A stretch of 64,000 nt of DNA from an uncultured Bacillota bacterium (lineage in GTDB: Bacteria; Bacillota_I; Bacilli_A; RF39; UBA660). The notes below the pieces were generated by a model. That model was not told the DNA's origin. It did no database searches and saw nothing but the letters and a program-made list of their open reading frames with translations. Within the stretch, counting starts at the first letter, position 1; every line of letters begins with the position of its first letter. Positions 22,727 to 32,568 of the stretch are shown here, piece by piece. Location of the stretch: positions 22,561-86,560 of the forward strand of contig CABUNR010000002.1 of the NCBI GenBank assembly GCA_902492995.1, in the 5' to 3' direction. Both the position numbers and the translations under genes were made by a program.

Positions 22727-24016
22727 ATGAAAAAAGCTTTATTTATAGTAATATTAATTCTTTTTATCATGATAATACCATTTACACTATCAAAAAACGA
22801 AATATCAAAAACAATTATTAAAACAGAAAAATTAACAACAAATAATAATCAAAAAATTTTAGAAAATTATGGATATATAAGTGGATATAGTTGTAAAAAA
22901 ATAACAGTTATAAATGAAGATGGTACTTTAAATGGTAGATATAATTTAGAGGATTATGTTGTTGGTGTTGTATCCGGTGAAGCACACGTATTAGATGATG
23001 AAGAAACATTTAAAGCTATGTCGGTTCTAGCAAGAACATATGCATTATATGTAACTAAAAATTGTAAATATTCAATTGTAAATAGTGAAGCAAACCAAGT
23101 AATGGATAATCCTAAAATTGTATCTAAAAAAATAAAAGATGCTGTATCTAAAACCGAAGGAGAAGTATTAACTTTAAATGGAAATTTAGTAAAATCTGAA
23201 TATGATTCATTTTATATGGGAACTGGATTTTATTGTGATTATAAGTATTGTTATAGTACTTACTTAAAAGTAGGTGATAAAAATCCCAAAAAACAAAAAA
23301 TTAAAGTTCCAGCAAGTTGGCGTAATGACTTATCTGGAGGTCATGGAAAAGGATTAAGTCAATATGGCTCAAAATATTTATCTATGCAAGGTTATGATTA
23401 CAAAAAAATATTAAAATATTTTTATGCAGATGGAGTTAAAATAAGTACCATAATTAAGCCAAATGTAGATGGACTTGAAATAGAAAATAATTTTATAACA
23501 AGAAAAACAAGGCCACTTAGAAATAATAAATTTTATTATATAAATGACGTGGTAAACAAAATAACTAAAGAAGGAGATTCAACTTGGTATGCAACATCTA
23601 GAGCTAATGAAATATTAAAATCAAAAAATATAGAAAAAAATTTTCCATATTTAAAAGACTCTGAAAATTATTGTAATGTAAGTAATTTTAATAAGTCATA
23701 TAATTATGAAGAACCACATATTGGATCTATTATAAGTTATGGTAAACATCTAGCAATTATAGAAAATGTTCATGATGATATGGTTGATATAACTGAAGCA
23801 TATATAGGCCTAGGATATTATAAAATAGAATTTGCTAATGAATATTTAAATGAAACAGGTATGTATTATAATGCTAAAACAAATAGCAAGGATAGAAAAT
23901 ATAATTGTGAAAAAAATGGTAGTGGATGTTTTAAAAGAACAAATAATATAAAAATATCTGAATTAAAAAGTAGATGGGGATATGATTTTAAATGTTACAT
24001 ATATCTAGTAAATTAA
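22727..24016 (+). CDS. SpoIID/LytB-domain protein (sporulation amidase-enhancer type) with a C-terminal extension
   Basis: N-terminal TM; DYVVGVVSGEAHVLDDEETFKAMSVLARTYALY matches the SpoIID core motif. The C-terminal 130 aa carries a Cys/His pattern reminiscent of a CHAP-like fold. Confidence 0.55.
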   Translation: MKKALFIVILILFIMIIPFTLSKNEISKTIIKTEKLTTNNNQKILENYGYISGYSCKKITVINEDGTLNGRYNLEDYVVGVVSGEAHVLDDEETFKAMSVLARTYALYVTKNCKYSIVNSEANQVMDNPKIVSKKIKDAVSKTEGEVLTLNGNLVKSEYDSFYMGTGFYCDYKYCYSTYLKVGDKNPKKQKIKVPASWRNDLSGGHGKGLSQYGSKYLSMQGYDYKKILKYFYADGVKISTIIKPNVDGLEIENNFITRKTRPLRNNKFYYINDVVNKITKEGDSTWYATSRANEILKSKNIEKNFPYLKDSENYCNVSNFNKSYNYEEPHIGSIISYGKHLAIIENVHDDMVDITEAYIGLGYYKIEFANEYLNETGMYYNAKTNSKDRKYNCEKNGSGCFKRTNNIKISELKSRWGYDFKCYIYLVN

Positions 24017-24735
24017 AAATAATAGTATTTTTATCATTTATTTTATTATTAAGTGGTTGTGAGGCTGAATACAATATTGATATAAATAATAATAACTTAA
24101 AAGAAACAATAAATATAAAAGAATTAAACATAGAAAAATTTAATGAAAAAAATTCATTATTATATAATCTTACTCCACAAGATTATTTAGATACAAATTT
24201 AAAGTGGCCAACACCTGTATACAAAAATAGTGAATTAAATCCATATGAACCAATTAAACTTAATAATATAAAATACTATACGAAAACAAATATAAGTAAT
24301 TATAAAGTTTTAGGACTCAGTTTAAGCTATAATCATAATCAAAATTATTATATAAATTCTGATATTTTAAACAAATGTTATGATGTAAGTTATAGCAAAA
24401 CAAATGATAAAATACATTTTGAGACAATAAGTGAGTTCAAATGTTTTGATGAATATAAAGTTTTAGAAAATGTAACTGTTAATTTAAATACAAAATGTAA
24501 TGTAGAAAATGAAAATTCAGATAATAAAACTATAAATAAATATACTTGGTATATAACAAAAGACAATTATAAAAGTAAAAAAATAAATTTTGATGTAGAA
24601 TGTATACAAAAAACTGAAAAAAAAGAAGTAAATGAAAAAGATACACTAATTATGTTTATAATATTATATATTTTAGTAATATCTTTAATAATCTTAATAG
24701 TAAAAATATTACATTATAAAAACAATAAAATATAA
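23992..24735 (+). CDS. Lipoprotein with C-terminal TM anchor
   Basis: Lipobox LLLSGC, Cys-containing mature domain and a C-terminal hydrophobic helix. Same topology and size class as the T4SS-associated lipoprotein at 62078..62746. Confidence 0.45.
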   Translation: MLHISSKLKIIVFLSFILLLSGCEAEYNIDINNNNLKETINIKELNIEKFNEKNSLLYNLTPQDYLDTNLKWPTPVYKNSELNPYEPIKLNNIKYYTKTNISNYKVLGLSLSYNHNQNYYINSDILNKCYDVSYSKTNDKIHFETISEFKCFDEYKVLENVTVNLNTKCNVENENSDNKTINKYTWYITKDNYKSKKINFDVECIQKTEKKEVNEKDTLIMFIILYILVISLIILIVKILHYKNNKI

Positions 24736-24760
24736 AGCTTGAAAAAGCTTTTTTTTTTTA
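24734..24760 (+). terminator. Rho-independent terminator (hairpin core identical to the one at 32569..32594)
   Basis: aaagcttgaaaaagcttt followed by a T-run of more than 10. Confidence 0.7.
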
Positions 24761-24785
24761 AAATAAAAAAATTTTAAAAAAAGTA

Positions 24786-24814
24786 TTGACAAAATAAAAT
24801 GTTTTTAATAAAAT
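24786..24814 (+). promoter_or_regulatory. Candidate sigma-A promoter (TTGACA, 17 bp spacer, TAAAAT), followed by inverted repeat ACAAGTgaaaaACTTGT at 24822..24838
   Basis: Consensus -35 with ideal spacing; the palindrome immediately downstream could be an operator or 5' hairpin. Confidence 0.5.
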
Positions 24815-24892
24815 GTTAATAACAAGTGAAAAACTTGTCAAATATTTATCTTATGTTATTAACAAAATATTAAAAAGAAAGAAGGAAATAAA

Positions 24893-25249
24893 ATGATATT
24901 AGAAATGACAAAGGAACAAACAATTAAATTAATTAAAGGTTATTATAAAATAAATGAAAAAATGGATGTTGATGTAAAATTTGATACATTCACAAGTTAC
25001 TATGGAGATTTTAATAGACAAAGTTTAATTAATACAAACATTATTGTAGAAGCAAAAAAGGAAATATTAAATGAAGTATTTGAATTTAACTATAAATTAG
25101 ATATGGAAGATACAAAAAAAATCTTAAAAACATTATTGCTAGAACAAATAGATTTTGATGAAATGGATATTAGATACAATATAAATAGATCAGAGCAATT
25201 TGAAGGTCTAACAGTAAATGTAAAATCAAAACAAAAAGTAAAAAATTAA
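24893..25249 (+). CDS. Stand-alone paralog of the N-terminal domain of the nicotinamidase fusion protein
   Basis: 118 aa; MILEMTKEQTIKLIKGYYK...DVKFDTFT...ILKTLLLEQIDFDEMDIRYNINRSEQFEGL aligns along its whole length with residues 1-118 of ORF 25304..26227. Confidence 0.6.
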   Translation: MILEMTKEQTIKLIKGYYKINEKMDVDVKFDTFTSYYGDFNRQSLINTNIIVEAKKEILNEVFEFNYKLDMEDTKKILKTLLLEQIDFDEMDIRYNINRSEQFEGLTVNVKSKQKVKN

Positions 25250-25303
25250 TTTATTATATTTTATGTTATTAACAAAATATTAAAAAGAAAGAAGGAGATA
25301 AAA

Positions 25304-26227
25304 ATGACATTACAGATGACAAAAGATCAAATAATTAAATTAATAAAAACGTATTATAAAAAATATCAAAACATGAATGTTGATGTAAAATTTAATACAT
25401 TTACAAATTGTTCTTTAGATTTTAATAAAGAAAGATCTATTAAAATAAATATTATCGTAGATGAAATAAAAGATACGTACAAATTTAGAAATGAATTAGA
25501 TATAGAAGACATAAAAAATATTCTAAAAACATTATTACTAGAAGAAATGAATTTAGATGAAATGGATATTAACTATAATGTAAATGAGTTAGAACAATTT
25601 GAAGGACTAAGAATAAACATAAAATCAAAACAAAATATAAAAAATTTAAAATATTATGAAGGAATTCTTATCGTAGTAGATATGATAAATGGATTTGTAA
25701 AGGAAGGTGCATTACATGATAAAAAAATTATAGATGTAGTTCCAAGACAAATCGAGTTAATAAAAGAAGCTAAACAAAGAAATGATTTAGTTGTATTTAT
25801 TAGAGATGTTCATACAGAAAAATCGGTAGAACACAAAAGATTTAATGGAGCACTTCATTGCATTAAAGGAAGTGGTGAAGAAAATTTAATAGATGAATTA
25901 AAACCATATCAAAAAGACTCGATTTCGTTTGAAAAAAATTCAACTTCATTTATGTTTGCAAAAGGATTTATTCAAATGTTAGAACAATTAAAAAATTTAA
26001 AAAGAGTTGATGTAATTGGATGTTGTACAGACATTTGTATTGCAAATGGAGTAATTCCAATGATGAATTATTTTGATGAAAATAATAGAGATATTATAGT
26101 AAATGTTCATGAGGATGCGATAGAAACATATGATGCACCATTTCATGATAGAAATAAGTATAAAGAAGCAGCACTATTATTAATGAATCAACAAGGTGCA
26201 AAAATAAAATCAAAAAAAATAAGATAG
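25304..26227 (+). CDS. pncA: Nicotinamidase/isochorismatase-family hydrolase with a 118-aa N-terminal domain of unknown function
   Basis: C-terminal 190 aa carry an isochorismatase-fold D/K/C triad (VVDMINGF ... VIGCCTDICIANGV). NAD-salvage neighbours support a nicotinamidase assignment. Confidence 0.7.
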   Translation: MTLQMTKDQIIKLIKTYYKKYQNMNVDVKFNTFTNCSLDFNKERSIKINIIVDEIKDTYKFRNELDIEDIKNILKTLLLEEMNLDEMDINYNVNELEQFEGLRINIKSKQNIKNLKYYEGILIVVDMINGFVKEGALHDKKIIDVVPRQIELIKEAKQRNDLVVFIRDVHTEKSVEHKRFNGALHCIKGSGEENLIDELKPYQKDSISFEKNSTSFMFAKGFIQMLEQLKNLKRVDVIGCCTDICIANGVIPMMNYFDENNRDIIVNVHEDAIETYDAPFHDRNKYKEAALLLMNQQGAKIKSKKIR

Positions 26228-26237
26228 GAGAGATAAT

Positions 26238-27710
26238 ATGAAAATATATAATGGATATAAAAGATTAGCACGTAACTATACTTTAATGACGGATGAATAT
26301 GAGTATACAATGGCTAATGGATATTTAATTAACAATAAAGAAAAGAATGAAGCTGTATTTGATATCTTTTTTAGAAAAATACCAAATGGTGGTGGATATG
26401 CAATAATGGCTGGTATTGATAAAGTAATAGAGTATATTAAGAAACTAAAATTTGAAGGAAAGGATTTAGATTATTTTAGAAGAAAAAACTATCCTAAAGA
26501 ATTTATAGAATACTTAAGAAATTTTAAATTTACAGGAGATATATATGCAATTGTAGATGGAACACCAGTATTCCCAAATGAACCTATTCTAACAGTAAAA
26601 GCACCACTTATTGAAGCTCAAATAGTAGAAACAGCACTTTTATCAATTATTAATGGAGCAATGGAACATGCAACAGGTGCAAGAAGAATTGTAGAAGCAA
26701 CACCTAAAAATGTTGGAATTATGGAATTTGGAGCAAGAAGAGCTGATGGATTAGAAGCAGCAATAGATGCGTCAATTTATGGAATTATGGCTGGATGTGT
26801 TGGAACAAGTAATGTAATTGCAGCAGATATGTTAAATATGAAAGCAATGGGAACACAAGCCCATAGTTGGATTGAATCATATCCAACAGAATATGATGCC
26901 TTCTTAAGCTATGCTAAAGTATACCCTGATAATTGTATTTTATTAGTTGATACTATTGATACATTAAAAAGTGGAATACCAAATGCAATAAAAGTATTTA
27001 ATTATATGAAAGAAAGCAATATGAATATTGATAATATAGGAATACGTATAGATTCAGGAGATTTAGCTTATCTTTCAAAAGAAGCAAGAAAAATGTTAGA
27101 TGAGGCAGGATTTAAAAATGCCAAAATATGTTTAAGCAATGGCTTAACAGCAGAAACAATTGAATCATTAGTAAATCAAGGTGCAAAATTTGACAGTTTA
27201 GGAGTAGGAGATAACATTTCAAAACCAGAAGGAAGAATGGGGTGTGTTTATAAAGAAGTAGCACTAAAAGAAAACAATGAGTTTATTCCAAAAATTAAAT
27301 TAAGTAATGATACTATTAAAATAGTAAATCCTGACTATAAAAAATTATATAGAGCTTATGATAAAAAAACAGGATATGCTATAGCAGATATTATGACAAG
27401 AAAAAATGAAAAAATAGAACCTAAAGATTTAATAATTGTAAGTACGACAGATTATTTAAAAAGAAGTACAATTAATAATTTTGAATTAGTAGAACTTCAA
27501 AAACCAATATTTAAAAATGGTAAATTAGTTTATAATGATCCAGATATAAAAGAAAAACAAAAATATTGTGATGAACAAATGAGTACAATTTATCCAGAGA
27601 TTAAAAGAACTAAAATGCCACATGAGTATTATGTTGATGGAACAGAAGATTATATTAATTTTAAAAATAATATGATTATAGAAGCAAAGAAGAAAGTGAA
27701 AACAAAATAA
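26238..27710 (+). CDS. pncB: Nicotinate phosphoribosyltransferase
   Basis: 490 aa; NAPRTase family pattern (YEYTMANGY..., GTQAHSWIESY, IRIDSGDLAY). Confidence 0.9.
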   Translation: MKIYNGYKRLARNYTLMTDEYEYTMANGYLINNKEKNEAVFDIFFRKIPNGGGYAIMAGIDKVIEYIKKLKFEGKDLDYFRRKNYPKEFIEYLRNFKFTGDIYAIVDGTPVFPNEPILTVKAPLIEAQIVETALLSIINGAMEHATGARRIVEATPKNVGIMEFGARRADGLEAAIDASIYGIMAGCVGTSNVIAADMLNMKAMGTQAHSWIESYPTEYDAFLSYAKVYPDNCILLVDTIDTLKSGIPNAIKVFNYMKESNMNIDNIGIRIDSGDLAYLSKEARKMLDEAGFKNAKICLSNGLTAETIESLVNQGAKFDSLGVGDNISKPEGRMGCVYKEVALKENNEFIPKIKLSNDTIKIVNPDYKKLYRAYDKKTGYAIADIMTRKNEKIEPKDLIIVSTTDYLKRSTINNFELVELQKPIFKNGKLVYNDPDIKEKQKYCDEQMSTIYPEIKRTKMPHEYYVDGTEDYINFKNNMIIEAKKKVKTK

Positions 27711-28306
27711 TGTATAAAATAAAAGAAATAGAAAAATACTATGATGAATTAAAAACAATTGATATGAAAAAAACTTCATCAATTAAAAGCAGTTTTTTAT
27801 CAATAGAAAACTACAATTGTAAATTAAATAATGGTCATATTATAAAAAGAGAAAAAATATTAAAAAATAATAAACCAGGTAGTGCAGCAATTATTTTACC
27901 AATAACAGAAGATGGTAAGATAATACTTGCAATAGAACCAAGAGTATTTACCAAAAAAACAGTAGATATAGGATTGCCAGCTGGATATATAGAAAACAAA
28001 GAATATCCATATATGGCAGCAATAAGAGAATTAGAAGAAGAAACAGGTTATACATCAGATCAACTAGAACTTTTAGGATCATATTATCAAGATCAAGGAT
28101 GTTCAGAAGCTATTAATTATTATTATATAGCTTATAACTGTAAGAGAGTAAACCAACAAAATTTAGATGAAGGAGAATTTATAAAATATATATTAGTAAC
28201 ATTAGAAGAATTAGAAGAATTAGTAGAAAAAAATTATATAAAAGGATTAAATTCAGCATTTATAATAGAAAAAGGTAAAAAACAATTAAAAAAAATAAGG
28301 AGGTAA
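27710..28306 (+). CDS. Nudix hydrolase (ADP-ribose pyrophosphatase-like)
   Basis: Nudix box GLPAGYIENKEYPYMAAIRELEEETGY. Confidence 0.75.
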   Translation: MYKIKEIEKYYDELKTIDMKKTSSIKSSFLSIENYNCKLNNGHIIKREKILKNNKPGSAAIILPITEDGKIILAIEPRVFTKKTVDIGLPAGYIENKEYPYMAAIRELEEETGYTSDQLELLGSYYQDQGCSEAINYYYIAYNCKRVNQQNLDEGEFIKYILVTLEELEELVEKNYIKGLNSAFIIEKGKKQLKKIRR

Positions 28307-28310
28307 TAAT

Positions 28311-29069
28311 ATGTTTGATGCAAATAAACAAGCAAAGGAAATAATAAAATATATAAGAAATTATTATAAAAAAAATAATTTAAAAGGAGCCGTAATAGGT
28401 ATAAGTGGAGGAAAAGATTCAGCTGTTGTAGCAGGGCTTTTTACAAAAGCATTAAAAAGTGAAAATGTTGTAGGATTGTGGCTTCCATGTAATTCTAGTG
28501 AAGAGGATAAAAATAATGCTAAACAATTAGCTAATCACTTCAATTTTGAATTAAAAGAATTTGATTTAACAAATATATATAATAATTATGAAAAACAATT
28601 TAAAAAAATAAATAACTCAAGTGATGAAGAATTAATAGATGCCAATATAAATATAAAACCAAGACTTAGAATGGCAACCTTATATTATCATGCAGCCTAT
28701 TTAAGCAAAAAAAATAAAGGAGTTTACATTGTCCCTGGAACTAGTAATAAATGTGAAATATATGTTGGCTATTTCACTAAAGGTGGAGATAATGTATGTG
28801 ATATTCAAGTATTATCAGATCTTACAGTAGATCAAGTAATAAAAGTAGGCGAAGTAATTAAAATACCTAAAAATATATTATATAAAGCACCAGATGATGG
28901 AATTAGTGGAAAAACAGATGAAGAAAAACTTGGAGTTAAAAATAAAGAAATAGCCGATGTTATAGAAAATGAAGGAAAAAATGTAACAAAAGAGGTAAAA
29001 GAAAAAATAGAAAAATTACATAAAAATAATATGCATAAATTTAATATACCAACTTATAAAAGAAAGTAG
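28311..29069 (+). CDS. nadE: NH3-dependent NAD+ synthetase
   Basis: PP-loop GISGGKDSAV; 252 aa typical of single-domain NadE. Confidence 0.85.
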   Translation: MFDANKQAKEIIKYIRNYYKKNNLKGAVIGISGGKDSAVVAGLFTKALKSENVVGLWLPCNSSEEDKNNAKQLANHFNFELKEFDLTNIYNNYEKQFKKINNSSDEELIDANINIKPRLRMATLYYHAAYLSKKNKGVYIVPGTSNKCEIYVGYFTKGGDNVCDIQVLSDLTVDQVIKVGEVIKIPKNILYKAPDDGISGKTDEEKLGVKNKEIADVIENEGKNVTKEVKEKIEKLHKNNMHKFNIPTYKRK

Positions 29070-29076
29070 GGATAAA

Positions 29077-30147
29077 ATGGAAGATTTAAAATTAATAGTA
29101 CTTGATAATATAGAAGAATTTGGTAAAAAAACAGATGAATATTTAAAAAAAATAAATAAAACAAATAAATCATATATTATACCTATTACAAGAGATAGAT
29201 TTAGTAATGGTGAAGGAAAAATAAAAATAAATGGAACAGTTAGAGATAAAGATATATATATATTAAGTGATGTTGGTAATTATAATGCAACATATAATAT
29301 GCACGGATTAACACATCATATGGCACCAGATGAACATTTCCAAGATATAAAAAGAGTAATATCTGCCTTATCAGGTTATGCATCTAAAATAACACTTGTA
29401 ATGCCACTTTTATATGAGTCAAGACAACATAAAAGAAAAGGAAGAGAATCATTAGATTGTGCTATTGCATTACAAGAATTAGAAAGACTTGGAGTAAATC
29501 ATATTGTTACATTTGATGCACATGATCCAAATGTATCAAATGCTATACCGAATCTTCCATTTGAAAACTTTTATGTAGCCCATGATATATTAAATAGATT
29601 AGTAGAAAAAGAAAATATAGATAATATTTTAGTTGTAAGCCCAGATATGGGAGCTATGGAAAGAGCAAGATATTATGCTGAAATATTAGATAGTGATGTT
29701 GGTGTATTTTATAAAAGAAGAGATTTAAGCAAAGTTGTAAATGGAAAAAATCCAATTGTTGAACATGTATATTTAGGTGCAAATGTTAAAGAAAAAGATA
29801 TAATCGTTGTAGATGACATGATAGCTAGTGGTACATCTATGATAGAAGTATCAAAATATTTAAAAGAAAATGGTGCAAATAAAGTATATTTAGTATCGAC
29901 ATTTGCCCTATTAACAGAAGGTCCAGATAGATTTATAAAAGCATATAAAGAAGGATTATTTGATAAGTTATACTCAACAAATTTATCATATGTTTCAGAA
30001 ACAATAAAAAAAGAACCATGGTATGAAGATACAGATTGTTCTAAAAGACTAGCTAATATAATAAATAAATTACATAATAAAGAATCTTTAAAAACAATAT
30101 TTGATGATACAAAAGAAGTATTAAAAAAAATAGAAAGAAAAAAGTAA
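29077..30147 (+). CDS. prs: Ribose-phosphate pyrophosphokinase (PRPP synthetase) family protein
   Basis: PRPP-binding loop VVDDMIASGTSM and the Prs N-terminal domain pattern; 356 aa with a 40-aa C-terminal extension. Confidence 0.7.
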   Translation: MEDLKLIVLDNIEEFGKKTDEYLKKINKTNKSYIIPITRDRFSNGEGKIKINGTVRDKDIYILSDVGNYNATYNMHGLTHHMAPDEHFQDIKRVISALSGYASKITLVMPLLYESRQHKRKGRESLDCAIALQELERLGVNHIVTFDAHDPNVSNAIPNLPFENFYVAHDILNRLVEKENIDNILVVSPDMGAMERARYYAEILDSDVGVFYKRRDLSKVVNGKNPIVEHVYLGANVKEKDIIVVDDMIASGTSMIEVSKYLKENGANKVYLVSTFALLTEGPDRFIKAYKEGLFDKLYSTNLSYVSETIKKEPWYEDTDCSKRLANIINKLHNKESLKTIFDDTKEVLKKIERKK

Positions 30148-30148
30148 T

Positions 30149-30736
30149 ATGAAAATAGGTATATTTGGAGGCTCATTTAATCCACCACATAAAATGCATA
30201 AAAATATAGCGCTTAATCTCATAAAGAATAAATATTTAGATAAAGTTATATATGTTCCAACTGGCAATAAATATAATAAAAAAGATTTAATAGATGCTAT
30301 GGATAGATATAATATGCTTAAAATAATGATAGAAGGATATAAAAATTTAGAATTATCTAATTATGAAATTAAAAATACTTTAACATACACTTATCAAACA
30401 TTAAATTATTTTAAAAGAATATACAAAAATGATGAAATATATTTTATATGTGGTTTAGATAATTTAAAAGAAATAACAACATGGAAAAATTATGAATATA
30501 TTTTAAATAATTTTAAAATATTAGTTATTAAAAGAAATGATATTGATATAAATAATATATTAAATAAAATTAATAGTAAAGATATAATAGTTACTAACAT
30601 AAAATTAAATAATATATCATCAACTAATATTAGAAAAAATCTACAAAATAAAAAAGCAAGAGAAATATATAATGATATAGAAAAGAATGTATTAAAATAC
30701 ATAGAAAAAAACAATTTATATGAAATAAAAAAGTGA
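30149..30736 (+). CDS. nadD: Nicotinate-nucleotide adenylyltransferase
   Basis: N-terminal GIFGGSFNPPHKMH, the (H/T)xGH nucleotidyltransferase motif; 195 aa. Confidence 0.85.
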   Translation: MKIGIFGGSFNPPHKMHKNIALNLIKNKYLDKVIYVPTGNKYNKKDLIDAMDRYNMLKIMIEGYKNLELSNYEIKNTLTYTYQTLNYFKRIYKNDEIYFICGLDNLKEITTWKNYEYILNNFKILVIKRNDIDINNILNKINSKDIIVTNIKLNNISSTNIRKNLQNKKAREIYNDIEKNVLKYIEKNNLYEIKK

Positions 30737-30756
30737 TAAATAATCACTTTTTTACA
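30729..30756. terminator. Terminator hairpin overlapping the nadD stop, probably bidirectional
   Basis: aagtgat-aaataa-atcactt followed by a T-run. Confidence 0.55.
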
Positions 30757-31073
30757 GTTTTTAAGCATCTTTATAATGATCATAATATCTATAAAAACTA
30801 TGAACAGAATCATCTTTTTCTTTACTACCATCATAAAAAACATATGAACTAATTAAATTACCACCATTATTTGTAATATAATCTTTAATTTTATTTCTTG
30901 TTCCTCCTAAATAATAACTATCATTAATAAAAATTAAATTTTTATTATTTATATCATAAAGTTCGTTAAATGGTTCTATTTCTTAATCTTTCATCAATAG
31001 CATCAAAAAATTTTTCTCCACCTTCATGTTGAATTAGACATTCATTTATTAAACTCTCCATCTTTGTAACCAT
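30745..31073 (-). pseudogene. Disrupted small ORF: 35-aa N-terminal frame (MVTKMESLINECLIQHEGGEKFFDAIDERLRNRTI) continues in the +1 frame for a further 79 aa
   Basis: Minus-strand translation shows two consecutive open frames joined near 30960..30985 with no start codon for the second; one indel would fuse them. May be a sequencing frameshift. Confidence 0.3.
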
Positions 31074-31167
31074 AAAATCCCCCTTTAATCAGTAGTGAGT
31101 CTTCTATAATAAATGTTTGATTTTGTCAAATTTTATGTTATAATCAATTTGTGAAAAAGAGGTAATT

Positions 31168-31668
31168 ATGAGAATAGGATTAGATATAGATAATGTAATA
31201 TTAAATACAGATAGTTTAATATTAGAAGAAATGATAAAAGAAGATAAACGTAAAAGAAACAAAGGTATAATTAATGAAAATGCTCCGTATATATTTTCAG
31301 GTATGTTTGATTGGCCTAAAGAAGAAATAGAAGAATTTTTAATTAATAATATGGAAAAAATCGCAACAAAATTAAAAAAAGTAGACATGTCAAAAGAATA
31401 CATAGATAAATTATTAGAAGAAGGAAACCAGGTATATTTGATATCTAATAGAGCTTATTCATACTATAAAAATCCATTAAAAACAACAAAAGAAAATTTA
31501 AAGAAAAATAAAATAAATTATACAGAATTAATATTAACCAATACAAATGATAAAAGTAAGGAATGTAAAGATTTAAAGATAGATATAATGTTTGACGATA
31601 GAGCAAGTAATTGTATGAAGTTAAAAAAAACAAAATATCAATTGCTACTTAGTAAAAACAAAATATGA
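31168..31668 (+). CDS. HAD-superfamily 5'(3')-deoxyribonucleotidase-like nucleotidase
   Basis: N-terminal MRIGLDIDNVI (DxD HAD motif I) and C-terminal IMFDDRASN (motif IV-like). Confidence 0.5.
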   Translation: MRIGLDIDNVILNTDSLILEEMIKEDKRKRNKGIINENAPYIFSGMFDWPKEEIEEFLINNMEKIATKLKKVDMSKEYIDKLLEEGNQVYLISNRAYSYYKNPLKTTKENLKKNKINYTELILTNTNDKSKECKDLKIDIMFDDRASNCMKLKKTKYQLLLSKNKI

Positions 31669-31744
31669 AACAAGAACATTTGACGATTTAGAAATATCAA
31701 TAATTTTGAAGAAATATATTTAAAAATAAAAGAGGTGGAAAATA

Positions 31745-32566
31745 ATGGAATATAAATCAGAAGAAGAATTTTTACGTGATTATGACCCTAATCAATTTGA
31801 TAGATTATCACTTACAACAGATATTTTAATATTCAGTGTATCTGATGAAATAGAAAAAAATTATAGAAAATTAAGTAAAAAATATTTTAGTATTTTACTT
31901 GTTAAAAGAGATACATATCCCTTTAAAGATAAATGGTGCTTACCGGGTGGATTTATAAAAATAGATGAAGATATAGAAGATGCTGCAACAAGAATATTAG
32001 AAGAAGAAGCAAATATTAAAGACATATATCTAGAACAGCTCTATACATATGGTAGTCCAAATAGAGATCCAAGAATGAGAGTTGTATCAACATCATATAT
32101 GGCCTTAATTGATAAAAATAGATTGCAAAATCATATTTCTAAAAATGCTTCATGGTTTAATGTATTTGCATTAGAAGATAAAGAAATAATAAATATAACA
32201 CTAGATAATGGAAACGAAACAATTAAATTAAAAGTAAAAAAAATAAAAGAAGAAAAAACAATAGATAGATATAAATATGAAATATTAGAAAATGATAAAT
32301 TAGCATTTGATCATGCCTTAGTAATAACAACCGGTATTTCAAGATTAAAAAACAAGATAGAATATACGGACATTGTATTTAATATGATGCCAGAATATTT
32401 TACATTAGGTGAATTACAACAGGTATATGAAGCTATATTAGGCAAAAAATTATTAGATCCAGCATTTAGAAGAATAATAGCAAAAAAAACGGAAAAAACT
32501 GATAAAATGAAAACAGGCGGAGGGCATCGACCATCAGTATTGTTTAAATATAAAAATAATAATTAA
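31745..32566 (+). CDS. NrtR-like Nudix-related transcriptional regulator (Nudix fold plus C-terminal winged-helix)
   Basis: Nudix-like box LPGGFIKIDEDIEDAATRILEEEANI followed by a 110-aa C-terminal region consistent with the NrtR wHTH domain; sits at the end of the NAD cluster. Confidence 0.5.
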   Translation: MEYKSEEEFLRDYDPNQFDRLSLTTDILIFSVSDEIEKNYRKLSKKYFSILLVKRDTYPFKDKWCLPGGFIKIDEDIEDAATRILEEEANIKDIYLEQLYTYGSPNRDPRMRVVSTSYMALIDKNRLQNHISKNASWFNVFALEDKEIINITLDNGNETIKLKVKKIKEEKTIDRYKYEILENDKLAFDHALVITTGISRLKNKIEYTDIVFNMMPEYFTLGELQQVYEAILGKKLLDPAFRRIIAKKTEKTDKMKTGGGHRPSVLFKYKNNN

Positions 32567-32568
32567 TG

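Noticed and set aside
30490-30843. 117-aa minus-strand ORF
   Set aside because: It overlaps the 3' half of nadD in antisense and is hydrophobic and low-complexity. The real minus-strand signal nearby is the frameshifted ORF at 30745..31073.
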